Source: Clostridia bacterium (GTDB lineage Bacteria > Bacillota > Clostridia > UMGS1883 > UMGS1540). From it: a stretch of 64,000 nt of DNA. Positions 47,264 through 55,372 of this stretch are shown in pieces. The DNA is taken from assembly GCA_017436645.1 (NCBI GenBank), contig JAFSCR010000025.1, positions 543 to 64,542 on the forward strand, in the 5' to 3' direction. The notes beneath the pieces are model-generated. The model was not told where the DNA came from, ran no database searches, and saw nothing but the letters and a program-made list of their open reading frames with translations. The position numbers were made by a program, and so were the translations under genes. Position 1 is the stretch's first letter, and every line of letters begins with the position of its first letter.

Positions 47264-48480
47264 TCTGCCCCCTCTGCCGCCGCCAGCATATTCTCGATAA
47301 ACACCCCGTACCCACGTGTTGGGTCATTGACAAATACGTGTGTTACGGCACCAATGAGTTTTCCGTTCTGCACAATGGGGCTTCCGCTCATGCCCTGCAC
47401 AATACCGCCCGAAAGAGAGAGAAGGCGCTCGTCGGTAATGCGGATGACCATATTTTTATTACTGTCCTTTTTATGGGGAAATATTTCCTGAATTTCTGCG
47501 GCATAGCCTACAGGTGCGCCGCCGGCAATGTCGGTATACACGGTGGCGGAGCCTTTTTCCACCTGGGTGCTGACGCCGATGGGAATGCGAGGGGCCGAGG
47601 GAAGACTTTCCCGTTTGCCGTAAAGACCGAGATGGGTGTTTTTTGAAATGGTGCCGAGGGTGTCTTTTCCGAATACACCGCAAATTTCTCCCGGGGCACC
47701 CGGTTCACTTTTGGTAATGAAAGCAATGGAGCAGTCTGTAATACTGCCGCCTGCAGGCTCTAAAACGCCCCCCGTTTCAAAATCTTCAATGGCGTGACCG
47801 AGAGCACCGTAAACGCCGGTTTCCGGCTGACAAAACGTAACCGTTCCCACCCCTTGTGCGCTTTCCTTTACCCAAAGGCCGATTTTATAGCTTCCGCCGT
47901 CCCCATAATATACGGGGGTGATGACGGTGTCCTGTATCTTGCCGTCTCTTGAAACGGTAAGGGTAATGGGCGCACCGCCGCTTTCTTTTACTGCCCTGTC
48001 CAGTGCATCCGTTCCGGAGAGGGGCTCGTGATTCAGTTTCAGAATTCTGTCCCCTGTTCGGATGCCGGCCTCTTTTCCGGGGCATATGCGCCTCTCGCCG
48101 GGGATTTCACTCATGGCCACCACAATAACGCCCTGCATATAGAGCTTTATGCCTACGGTTTCGCCGCCCAGAATCACAGCCTGCGGGTCCACCACCTGAA
48201 TGGTGGCGGTTTTTCGGAGAAGACCAAAGACGGAAAAATCCACATTGTATGCCCCTGTTTTCTGCGGCGTCAGAAATGCTTTATTTCCGTTTTTTTCAAA
48301 TAAAAAACCGTCCTCCGCCCCATAGGGCGTAAAGAAGGCCGGCAAGGAATGCGCTTCGCCTTCGAGCATGGTAAACTGCCCGGGCAAAAGCGAAAACTGC
48401 TGAAGAAGGAACACGGCCGACGATATAAGAAGCACCGCACTCCCTTTCAGCAGAATTTTAAATTTTCGCATTTTTCTCAC
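47260..48480 (-). CDS. spoIVB: SpoIVB serine peptidase (S55, PDZ domain)
   Basis: PDZ-like AGI-x2-GD-x-I, G-x-GTVTF, YGALGH-x-I-x-D and [30 protein letters not shown] motifs. Confidence 0.96.
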   Translation of the reverse strand: MRKMRKFKILLKGSAVLLISSAVFLLQQFSLLPGQFTMLEGEAHSLPAFFTPYGAEDGFLFEKNGNKAFLTPQKTGAYNVDFSVFGLLRKTATIQVVDPQAVILGGETVGIKLYMQGVIVVAMSEIPGERRICPGKEAGIRTGDRILKLNHEPLSGTDALDRAVKESGGAPITLTVSRDGKIQDTVITPVYYGDGGSYKIGLWVKESAQGVGTVTFCQPETGVYGALGHAIEDFETGGVLEPAGGSITDCSIAFITKSEPGAPGEICGVFGKDTLGTISKNTHLGLYGKRESLPSAPRIPIGVSTQVEKGSATVYTDIAGGAPVGYAAEIQEIFPHKKDSNKNMVIRITDERLLSLSGGIVQGMSGSPIVQNGKLIGAVTHVFVNDPTRGYGVFIENMLAAAEGAE

Positions 48481-48489
48481 CCCGCAAAT

Positions 48490-48519
48490 TAGTTTCTCCC
48501 TTTTTTGCGGGGATATAAG
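48490..48519 (-). promoter_or_regulatory. Possible SigF/SigG-type promoter of spoIVB
   Basis: Minus strand TTATA-N14-GGAGAAACTA resembles the SigF consensus GYATA-N15-GGnnAnAHTR. Confidence 0.4.
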
Positions 48520-48532
48520 GATTAATTTTTAA

Positions 48533-49891
48533 TTACAAAGCCAAATTTTTTCTGATTTTTTTGCGGACAATCAGGAAACAGATAAAATGGGCGGCAGTCG
48601 TCAAAATCCAAGAGATGGGGTAGGAAACGAAAAGACTTGCTTCCGTGTGGTAATGGGCGAAAATCGTAGAAATCCAGACAACGCGGAACACACACGCACC
48701 CATTAAGGATGTAAACATAGGCAGAAGAGAATATCCGACGCCGCGCACCGAACCCATTACCGTTTCCATAAGGCCGCAAAGGGCATAGGGCAGAACCAAA
48801 AGGTAAAAACGCTCGGTCACAGAGGAAATTACGGCGGGATCCGAGGAATAAATAGAAATGAGGGAGCTTCGGAAAATGGTGGCAAGTACGCCTAAAACGA
48901 GACCAATTACCGCAGCGCAGCCGCAGCACACGCCAAGTCCCTTATCAATGCGGTCAAATTTTTTCGCACCGAGATTCTGGCCGGCAAGGGTCAGATTCGT
49001 CTGATAAATAGCGTGCATCCCTGCATAAATAAAGCCTTCAATATTGGAACAGGCGGCGTTGCCGGCAATAAATGCCGTAGACCCGAAGGAATTGATGGAC
49101 GCCGTAATGAGCATATTGGAAATAGAAAAAAGAGAACTTTGAATGCCTGCCGGAAGGCCAAGCCTTAAAATTTCGGCGGTTTCGGCTTTTCGCAGGCGGA
49201 GCTTTGAAAAATACAGTTTGCAAGGCCCGTCCTCATGGGCAAGACAAAGAAGAATAAGGACGCAGGCAACAATCTGGGATGCTGCCGTGGCAATACCGAC
49301 GCCAACTGCCCCGAGGTGAAAGCCGAGAACGGAAATGAGGTTTAAAATTACGTTCACAACCCCTGCAATCACGAGGAAATAAAGGGGTCTTGTCGTGTCC
49401 CCTTTGGCACGGAGAATGCCGGCGCCGAAGTTATAGATAATATTTGCAGGCACGCCCACGGCGTATGCCTTTAAATATTTGGAAGCAGAAGCGAGGATAT
49501 CCGAAGGCGTGTCGAGAAGGCGCAAAAAATAGGGTGCAAAGAAGAAGAGGACAATTGCTGAAAAAACGCCCATAATCATAGCGAGAAGAATGGAAGTGTG
49601 CACCGTTTTGCCGATGGCGGCATAATCACGGGCACCAATCTGCCGGGCTACAATAATGTTTGCGCTGATGGAGAGACCGATAAAAACGTTTACAATAAGG
49701 TTTACCGTTGTCCCCGTAGACCCAACGGCGGCAAGCTCCGTTTCTCCTGCAAAGCGGCCTACAACAATTACGTCCGCCGCATTGAAAAGAAGCTGGAGAA
49801 TACTTGATAAAATAATGGGAATTGCAAACAGAAGAACGTTTTTAAGAAGCGGCCCTTCCGTAAGATTTATATCCCGCCTTTGCAGTTTCAC
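48533..49891 (-). CDS. MATE family efflux transporter
   Basis: LQLLFNAAD-x2-VVGRF, LAAVG, LRA-x-GDT-x2-PL, QNLGA and SYP-x-SW motifs; GTG start after an RBS. Confidence 0.93.
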   Translation of the reverse strand: MKLQRRDINLTEGPLLKNVLLFAIPIILSSILQLLFNAADVIVVGRFAGETELAAVGSTGTTVNLIVNVFIGLSISANIIVARQIGARDYAAIGKTVHTSILLAMIMGVFSAIVLFFFAPYFLRLLDTPSDILASASKYLKAYAVGVPANIIYNFGAGILRAKGDTTRPLYFLVIAGVVNVILNLISVLGFHLGAVGVGIATAASQIVACVLILLCLAHEDGPCKLYFSKLRLRKAETAEILRLGLPAGIQSSLFSISNMLITASINSFGSTAFIAGNAACSNIEGFIYAGMHAIYQTNLTLAGQNLGAKKFDRIDKGLGVCCGCAAVIGLVLGVLATIFRSSLISIYSSDPAVISSVTERFYLLVLPYALCGLMETVMGSVRGVGYSLLPMFTSLMGACVFRVVWISTIFAHYHTEASLFVSYPISWILTTAAHFICFLIVRKKIRKNLAL

Positions 49892-50028
49892 TTTAATCCC
49901 TTCTCTCCTTGTTTTCTGGGGGTATTGTATCACAAGGGAAGGGGAAAGGCAAGGCTTTTTTTGCGGAAAAAAATCTTTTGACATTTTATACAAGATATAG
50001 TATAATGTAGACTAGGTAGGTGGTATTT

Positions 50029-51990
50029 ATGACAAATTACGGCAATGAAAGCATATCCAGTTTAAAGGGTGCAGACAGAGTCCGCAAACGTCCCGGTGTT
50101 ATTTTCGGCTCGGACGGGCTGGAGGGCTGTCAGCACGCTGTTTTTGAAATCCTCTCAAACTCCATTGACGAAGCCAGAGAAGGCTACGGCAAGGTTATTG
50201 AGGTTACACGTTTTCTTGATAAATCCATAGAAGTCAAAGATATGGGCCGTGGCATTCCCATGGAATATAACCCCAAGGAAGAACGGTATAACTGGGAGCT
50301 TGTATTTTGTGAAATGTATGCAGGCGGCAAGTATGACAATAATTCCGGTAAGAACTATGAGTATAGCCTTGGTCTCAACGGTCTCGGCAGCTGCGCCACC
50401 CAGTATGCCTCTGAATATATGGAAGTCACCGTCCAGCGAGACGGTTACCGCTATCAGCTTTTCTTTGAAAAGGGCGAAAATCAGGGCGGCCTTTATAAGG
50501 AACAGGTAAGATACCGCCACACGGGCACCACCATTAAATGGCGGCCGGACCTGGACGTTTTTACGAATATTGATATTCCTCTCGAGTTTTTCCAGACCAC
50601 GATGAAGAAACAGGCTGTTGTCAACGCCGGCATTACCTTCAAGCTGAAAAATGAAACAAAAGAAGGCATGGAGGAATACGTTTACTGCTATGAAAACGGA
50701 ATTTCCGACTATTTGCAGGAGGTCAGCGGTGAGGGCGCCTTTACGGGCATTGCCAGATATGAAGCCGAATGCACCGGACGGGACAGAGAGGATATGCCCG
50801 ATTACAAACTCCGTATGCAGGTGGTATTCTGTTTTAATAATACGGATACGATTTTGGAGTATTACCATAACTCCAGCTTCCTCGAGCATGGCGGTTCCCC
50901 TGAAAAGGCAGTAAAAAGCGCCTTTGTTTCGGCACTGGATGCCTATATCCGAGGGGCAAACAAGTATACAAAAGGCGAATCGAAGATTACGTTTCAGGAC
51001 GTGCAGGACAGCCTTTGCCTCGTTATGAACTCCTTCTCCACCATGACGAGCTATGAAAACCAGACGAAAAAGGCCATCACCAACCCCTTCATCGCCGAAG
51101 CCATGACGGATTTCCTCCGCAAAAATCTGGAAATCTACTTTATTGAAAACCGCATCGAGGCAGAAAAAATTGCCGAGCAGGTGCTTCTCAATAAGCGAAG
51201 CCGTGAAACGGCGGAAAAAACGAGAGTAAATTTAAAGAAAAAGCTTGCAAAGAATATTGACGTTACAAACCGAGTCCAGAAGTTTGTGGACTGCCGCACA
51301 AGGGACACGGAACGCCGTGAGCTTTATATCGTGGAAGGCGACTCGGCACTCGGCTCCGTAAAGCTTGCCCGAAATGCAGAGTTTCAGGCCATTATGCCCG
51401 TCCGTGGTAAAATCTTAAACGTTTTAAAATGTGATTTGCCCCGTATTTTCAAAAGCGATATTATTATGGACCTGATGCGGGTGCTCGGCTGCGGCATTGA
51501 AGTGAAAACCAAGGACTTTAACAGCTTTGACCTTGAAAACCTGCGATGGGATAAAATTATTATCTGTACAGATGCGGACGTTGACGGCTATCATATCCGC
51601 ACCCAGATTCTGGCCATGATTTTCCGCCTGACGCCCACACTCATCCGTGAAGGCAAGGTGTACATTGCCGAATCGCCCCTTTTTGAAATCACCACAAAGA
51701 ACGAAACCTTCTTTGCCTACACCGAGCAGGAAAAGGCGCAGATTCTCTCCCAGCTCGGCAATACGAAATGCACCATTCAGCGCTCTAAAGGTCTTGGCGA
51801 AAATAATCCGGACATGATGAGTAAAACCACCATGAACCCCGAATCCCGCCGCCTTATCCGTGTCCTTCCCGAGGATGTGGAAAAAACGGCAGAAGTGTTC
51901 GAGCTTCTCCTCGGCGATAACCTGCAAGGGCGAAAGGACCATATTGCAAAGGTCGGCGCACAGTATATTGACCTTGCCGATGTAATGTAA
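50029..51990 (+). CDS. Type IIA topoisomerase B subunit (GyrB/ParE-like, divergent clostridial type)
   Basis: E-x3-NSIDE, D-x-GRGIP, GLNGLG, VEGDSA, PVRGKILN, TDADVDG-x-HI and KGLGE motifs; TTGACA...TATAAT promoter at about 49978-50006. Confidence 0.92.
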   Translation: MTNYGNESISSLKGADRVRKRPGVIFGSDGLEGCQHAVFEILSNSIDEAREGYGKVIEVTRFLDKSIEVKDMGRGIPMEYNPKEERYNWELVFCEMYAGGKYDNNSGKNYEYSLGLNGLGSCATQYASEYMEVTVQRDGYRYQLFFEKGENQGGLYKEQVRYRHTGTTIKWRPDLDVFTNIDIPLEFFQTTMKKQAVVNAGITFKLKNETKEGMEEYVYCYENGISDYLQEVSGEGAFTGIARYEAECTGRDREDMPDYKLRMQVVFCFNNTDTILEYYHNSSFLEHGGSPEKAVKSAFVSALDAYIRGANKYTKGESKITFQDVQDSLCLVMNSFSTMTSYENQTKKAITNPFIAEAMTDFLRKNLEIYFIENRIEAEKIAEQVLLNKRSRETAEKTRVNLKKKLAKNIDVTNRVQKFVDCRTRDTERRELYIVEGDSALGSVKLARNAEFQAIMPVRGKILNVLKCDLPRIFKSDIIMDLMRVLGCGIEVKTKDFNSFDLENLRWDKIIICTDADVDGYHIRTQILAMIFRLTPTLIREGKVYIAESPLFEITTKNETFFAYTEQEKAQILSQLGNTKCTIQRSKGLGENNPDMMSKTTMNPESRRLIRVLPEDVEKTAEVFELLLGDNLQGRKDHIAKVGAQYIDLADVM

Positions 51991-51992
51991 AA

Positions 51993-52073
51993 ATGCACCG
52001 TAAGGTGCAATGCATGAGCCAAAGGCTCAAATCATGAAATCGAAGATTTCAATTCATGCCGAAGGCAATTCAT
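51993..52073. repeat. Four-hairpin CAATTCATG array (REP-like), copy 2
   Basis: Direct-orientation homolog of 47181-47263 with the same order of hairpins. Confidence 0.85.
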
Positions 52074-52110
52074 AAAAAAGCGACTTGCTAAAAACAAGTC
52101 GCTTTTCTTT
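52074..52110. terminator. Bidirectional terminator
   Basis: AAAAAAGCGACTTG-CTAAAAA-CAAGTCGCTTTTCTTT. Confidence 0.8.
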
Positions 52111-52111
52111 T

Positions 52112-52186
52112 TGGCACCCTCTACGTGAGTCGAACACGTGACTAGCCCTTAGGAGGGGCTTGTTATATCCACTTAACTAAGAGGGC
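52112..52186 (-). tRNA. tRNA-Arg (anticodon CCT)
   Basis: Reverse complement is GCCCTCTTAGTTAAGTGGATATAACA-AGCCC-CTCCTAA-GGGCT-AGTC-ACGTG-TTCGACT-CACGT-AGAGGGTG-CCA. Confidence 0.95.
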
Positions 52187-52194
52187 ATAGTGCT

Positions 52195-52223
52195 ATTATA
52201 CCCCGTCTTACCATTTTTGTCAA
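52195..52223 (-). promoter_or_regulatory. Consensus SigA promoter for tRNA-Arg
   Basis: Minus strand TTGACA-17-TATAAT, 8 nt upstream of the tRNA. Confidence 0.85.
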
Positions 52224-52245
52224 TATCAAAGCACTACATCCCTTT

Positions 52246-53529
52246 TTATTTTGCTTCATATCGGATAAGTCTCCCTGCTTCCGATGCATTTTTATATTTT
52301 CCTGCGGCGATGAGTCCGTAAAGCGCTGCACCGAAGGAAGCTTCCTCAAGATGGGCAGGAACAGAAAGCGGATGCCCGAAAATTTCTTCCAGCTCTTTTT
52401 TAAGTGCCTCGTTTTTGCGGATGCCGTTGCCGCTTCCCACAATGCCGCGAAGTGGAATTCCCATTTCCTTTTGCATACGGAAAAGCTCTTCCGCCATACC
52501 CCGAAGAATGCCTTTCGTGAAGGAAGCAGGGGTAAAGTTTTCCGTGCGGATGCCCGAAATGCTCCCTGAAAGGGACGGGTTTTGCCGCGTGCCTGCAAAA
52601 CGGGTGTCAACGGAAAGGGGCGAAACAGCCGTATTTGCCATTTCATCCATAAAAGCATAGATTTCTCCGTCATCCGGTGATGCAAAAGGCGAAATAACAG
52701 ATTTAAAAAAGTCCTTCAGAAGGGAATAGGCCCTGCCGCCGCAAAGTGCCGCACCGCAGGCGAGGTACTTGCCTTCAAAATACGGTCTCGTTTCCACATT
52801 TTCTGTTTTCAAAATTTTTTCCGTCACCACAGAAATCTGACTGCCCGTGCCGATGTTTAAAAGGGCAGTTCCGGTTTCCCGAAGGGAAGAAAAAACGCTT
52901 GCCTGATTATCCCCGATAGGAAGAGCGACGGGAACGCCCCGATAGGTGCCTATAATTTGATACCCTTCCTCGGGCACGATTCCCACATCATAGGAAAAGC
53001 TGTGGGTTAAAAGGTCAAAAAAGCCAAGACTTGCCGCATTTGTAATATGCATTCGAGGGGCGGCGAGACCGCAAAGGTGCATGGCAAAATAGTCCATAAT
53101 GGTGCAAAAATATGCAGCCTCTTTCGGTCTTATGCCGTTTTCTCTGTTGTAAAAATCCGTAACGCACCCGTATCCTGCAGGGGTGGAAAGGTGGATAGCA
53201 TAAGTAGTGTCTTTATAGGGAAGGTCGCCGCGTCCGTCCTGCCAGGTATAAAGGGGGCTTATGCTCTGCCCTTTCTTATCCACATATACAATGCCGTGCA
53301 TCTGCCCCGTTATGCCGATGACAGCGACTTCGGGCGTAATAAAAGCATCTAAAATCCCTTTTGCCACGTCCAGAATTTTCTCAACGGACTGGATTTTCTC
53401 AAAAGATGCGGAAGGGGGCAGAAAAGCATTACTTTGGACGGTTTCCCTTCTTAAAACCTCGCCCGTTTCCGCATTAAGAAGTATGCCGCAGATGCTCGTG
53501 GTGCCAATATCAATTCCAATGGCGTGCAT
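52246..53529 (-). CDS. FGGY carbohydrate kinase, sedoheptulokinase-like
   Basis: GIDIGTTS, GITGQMHG, YTWQD-x-R, NAASLG, GDNQAS, LNIGTGSQIS and ALCGG motifs. Confidence 0.85.
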   Translation of the reverse strand: MHAIGIDIGTTSICGILLNAETGEVLRRETVQSNAFLPPSASFEKIQSVEKILDVAKGILDAFITPEVAVIGITGQMHGIVYVDKKGQSISPLYTWQDGRGDLPYKDTTYAIHLSTPAGYGCVTDFYNRENGIRPKEAAYFCTIMDYFAMHLCGLAAPRMHITNAASLGFFDLLTHSFSYDVGIVPEEGYQIIGTYRGVPVALPIGDNQASVFSSLRETGTALLNIGTGSQISVVTEKILKTENVETRPYFEGKYLACGAALCGGRAYSLLKDFFKSVISPFASPDDGEIYAFMDEMANTAVSPLSVDTRFAGTRQNPSLSGSISGIRTENFTPASFTKGILRGMAEELFRMQKEMGIPLRGIVGSGNGIRKNEALKKELEEIFGHPLSVPAHLEEASFGAALYGLIAAGKYKNASEAGRLIRYEAK

Positions 53530-54197
53530 TATAAAACCTCCAGAAAAGCTTTCAGCCTTTGGGCGATGATTTTATGTCCTTCGTCGCTTGGGTGCACGCC
53601 GTCCGGCATAAAAGCTTCGCGGACTTCTTCAATTTCAGGCTGAATAGGGCAAGTGGCAAAAAGGTCTAAAACGGGAAGACCGTAAAATTCTGCCACCTCT
53701 CTGATGGCGGTGACATAGTCCTTTAAAGTACCGAAGCCGTAAACTTTTTCCTGCCCGTTGTTTTTCGTTTCGTTTGTGCGGTGAAGTGGCGTCATAATCA
53801 CAATGGTTTTTCCGAGATATTTTCGGATAAGCCCCGAGAAAAGATAGTGGCAGGCACCGTAAAAGGTGTCGGGCGTTCTATCACAAAAAGCGCCCATAGG
53901 TGCATCGCCGTGGCCGAAATCGTTGGTGCCGCCGAACACCACTACAACGTCCGCATCGTCATCCATTTTATCATATCGCTCAGAAAAAGAGTTTACATCC
54001 ACGAAAGTATCTTTAGGGCGAAGGGGCGTTCCTTTCTGTAGCGCAAACCGTGTGCCGCCAATGCCGTAATTTCGGATTTCTGCAAGATTTGCCTCCCGCT
54101 TTAAAATGGCGCAGTAGGTCGCTTCTTTACTGGAAGCTTTTACGCCTTCCGTAATGCTGTCGCCAAGAAAATTTATTTTTAAGCCTTCAAGTTTCAT
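53529..54197 (-). CDS. SGNH/GDSL hydrolase
   Basis: FLGDSITEG, GIGGT, FGGTND and DGVHP motifs. Confidence 0.92.
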   Translation of the reverse strand: MKLEGLKINFLGDSITEGVKASSKEATYCAILKREANLAEIRNYGIGGTRFALQKGTPLRPKDTFVDVNSFSERYDKMDDDADVVVVFGGTNDFGHGDAPMGAFCDRTPDTFYGACHYLFSGLIRKYLGKTIVIMTPLHRTNETKNNGQEKVYGFGTLKDYVTAIREVAEFYGLPVLDLFATCPIQPEIEEVREAFMPDGVHPSDEGHKIIAQRLKAFLEVL

Positions 54198-54243
54198 TTT
54201 TCTCTTCCTTTCTTAAGCCTTATGGGGTTCGCCTCCCCTTGGC

Positions 54244-55305
54244 TTAACCCAGACAAACTTCCGCCGCACTCGGCAAAGGTGCAAGGGGCGAGGTGGGAAG
54301 GGTCTGGTACCAATATGCCACCGTCACAAAATCATCGTGGCGGTGGAGGTTACCGTGGGGCGAAAAACGAATATCCTGCAGCGTCATCCGAAATTCCTTT
54401 TCAAAGCGGATGGGGTCCGGCAGGTGCCAGCGGTAAAGCATAAAGCGGGGCATCATTGTTTTTCCCGAAAAAGGTTTGCCCGCTATGGGGCCGAACATAG
54501 CATACATCCCCATATAAGGGGTGGAATAGGTCTGATACTTGCCGAGAAGAGGGTCGCAGTCCCCGAAATTATAAGAGCCACCGAAATAATCTTCAAGTCC
54601 CGTATAATTTATAGAGGGGTATTTCTCACCGTCAATGTACATTTTCGGTTCCCCCTCCGTCCAGCAGCCGCCGCAGCCTCCGGGGGTCACGCCCATGGAA
54701 AGACCGACGAAATGCCCTTTCCCTTTTATGCCGTCAACGGCAACGTACGCACGCAAAGGGTCCGTGGGGAGTGCCTGCCGGTAGGATGCACAGAAATAAA
54801 GGGAATCTTCGGGCACTTCTCTATATTCCCCCGTAATCATATAGTGGGTTTTGATGGCTTCCGAAGGATGGCGGTTTTCGAGGGTGATTCTGCAGTGCTT
54901 TTTAAAGGGCATCTGCCAGAAGCAGTTAAGACCGCGGCAAGGGGTAACGGAAACCATAGCGGAGGAAAGGGTGGGAAAATTCCCGTCCGTATCCACCACA
55001 TTTTCGTAAAAAGGATAGGCGAAGAAAGCGGAAAGAGGAGATTCCACGCTGGGGTTTTTCTGCCCGTCCCAGTAAATTCTTAAAATAAAGTCCCAGGGCG
55101 CAAAGCCGCCGAACCACATACTTTCAATCACACCGGGTCCGTCCGTGTCTACAAGGGTCAGCGTTTCCCCCGGTTGTACCCAAAGAAGGCATTGCCGTTT
55201 TTCAAGATGATCGCCCTGACTTCCGCCTCCCTTTTCCCCTTTCGGGTTTTCGGGACAAAAGGCAAAGCTTTTTGCATTTATGCTTCGGGTTAAATCAGTA
55301 AACAT
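54244..55305 (-). CDS. DUF2961 / GH172 family glycoside hydrolase
   Basis: ENP-x-GEKG-x-G, GPG-x-I, LRIYWD, MPF, W-x-EGE-x-K-x-YIDG, TGLEDYF, YRWH-x2-DPI-x-F and VAYWYQ motifs. Confidence 0.88.
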   Translation of the reverse strand: MFTDLTRSINAKSFAFCPENPKGEKGGGSQGDHLEKRQCLLWVQPGETLTLVDTDGPGVIESMWFGGFAPWDFILRIYWDGQKNPSVESPLSAFFAYPFYENVVDTDGNFPTLSSAMVSVTPCRGLNCFWQMPFKKHCRITLENRHPSEAIKTHYMITGEYREVPEDSLYFCASYRQALPTDPLRAYVAVDGIKGKGHFVGLSMGVTPGGCGGCWTEGEPKMYIDGEKYPSINYTGLEDYFGGSYNFGDCDPLLGKYQTYSTPYMGMYAMFGPIAGKPFSGKTMMPRFMLYRWHLPDPIRFEKEFRMTLQDIRFSPHGNLHRHDDFVTVAYWYQTLPTSPLAPLPSAAEVCLG

Positions 55306-55372
55306 ATTGATTTCCTCCAATTTCTTTCTGGTTTCAGTATAACACGCCTGAAATTTCTTTGCAAGAAAAAGG

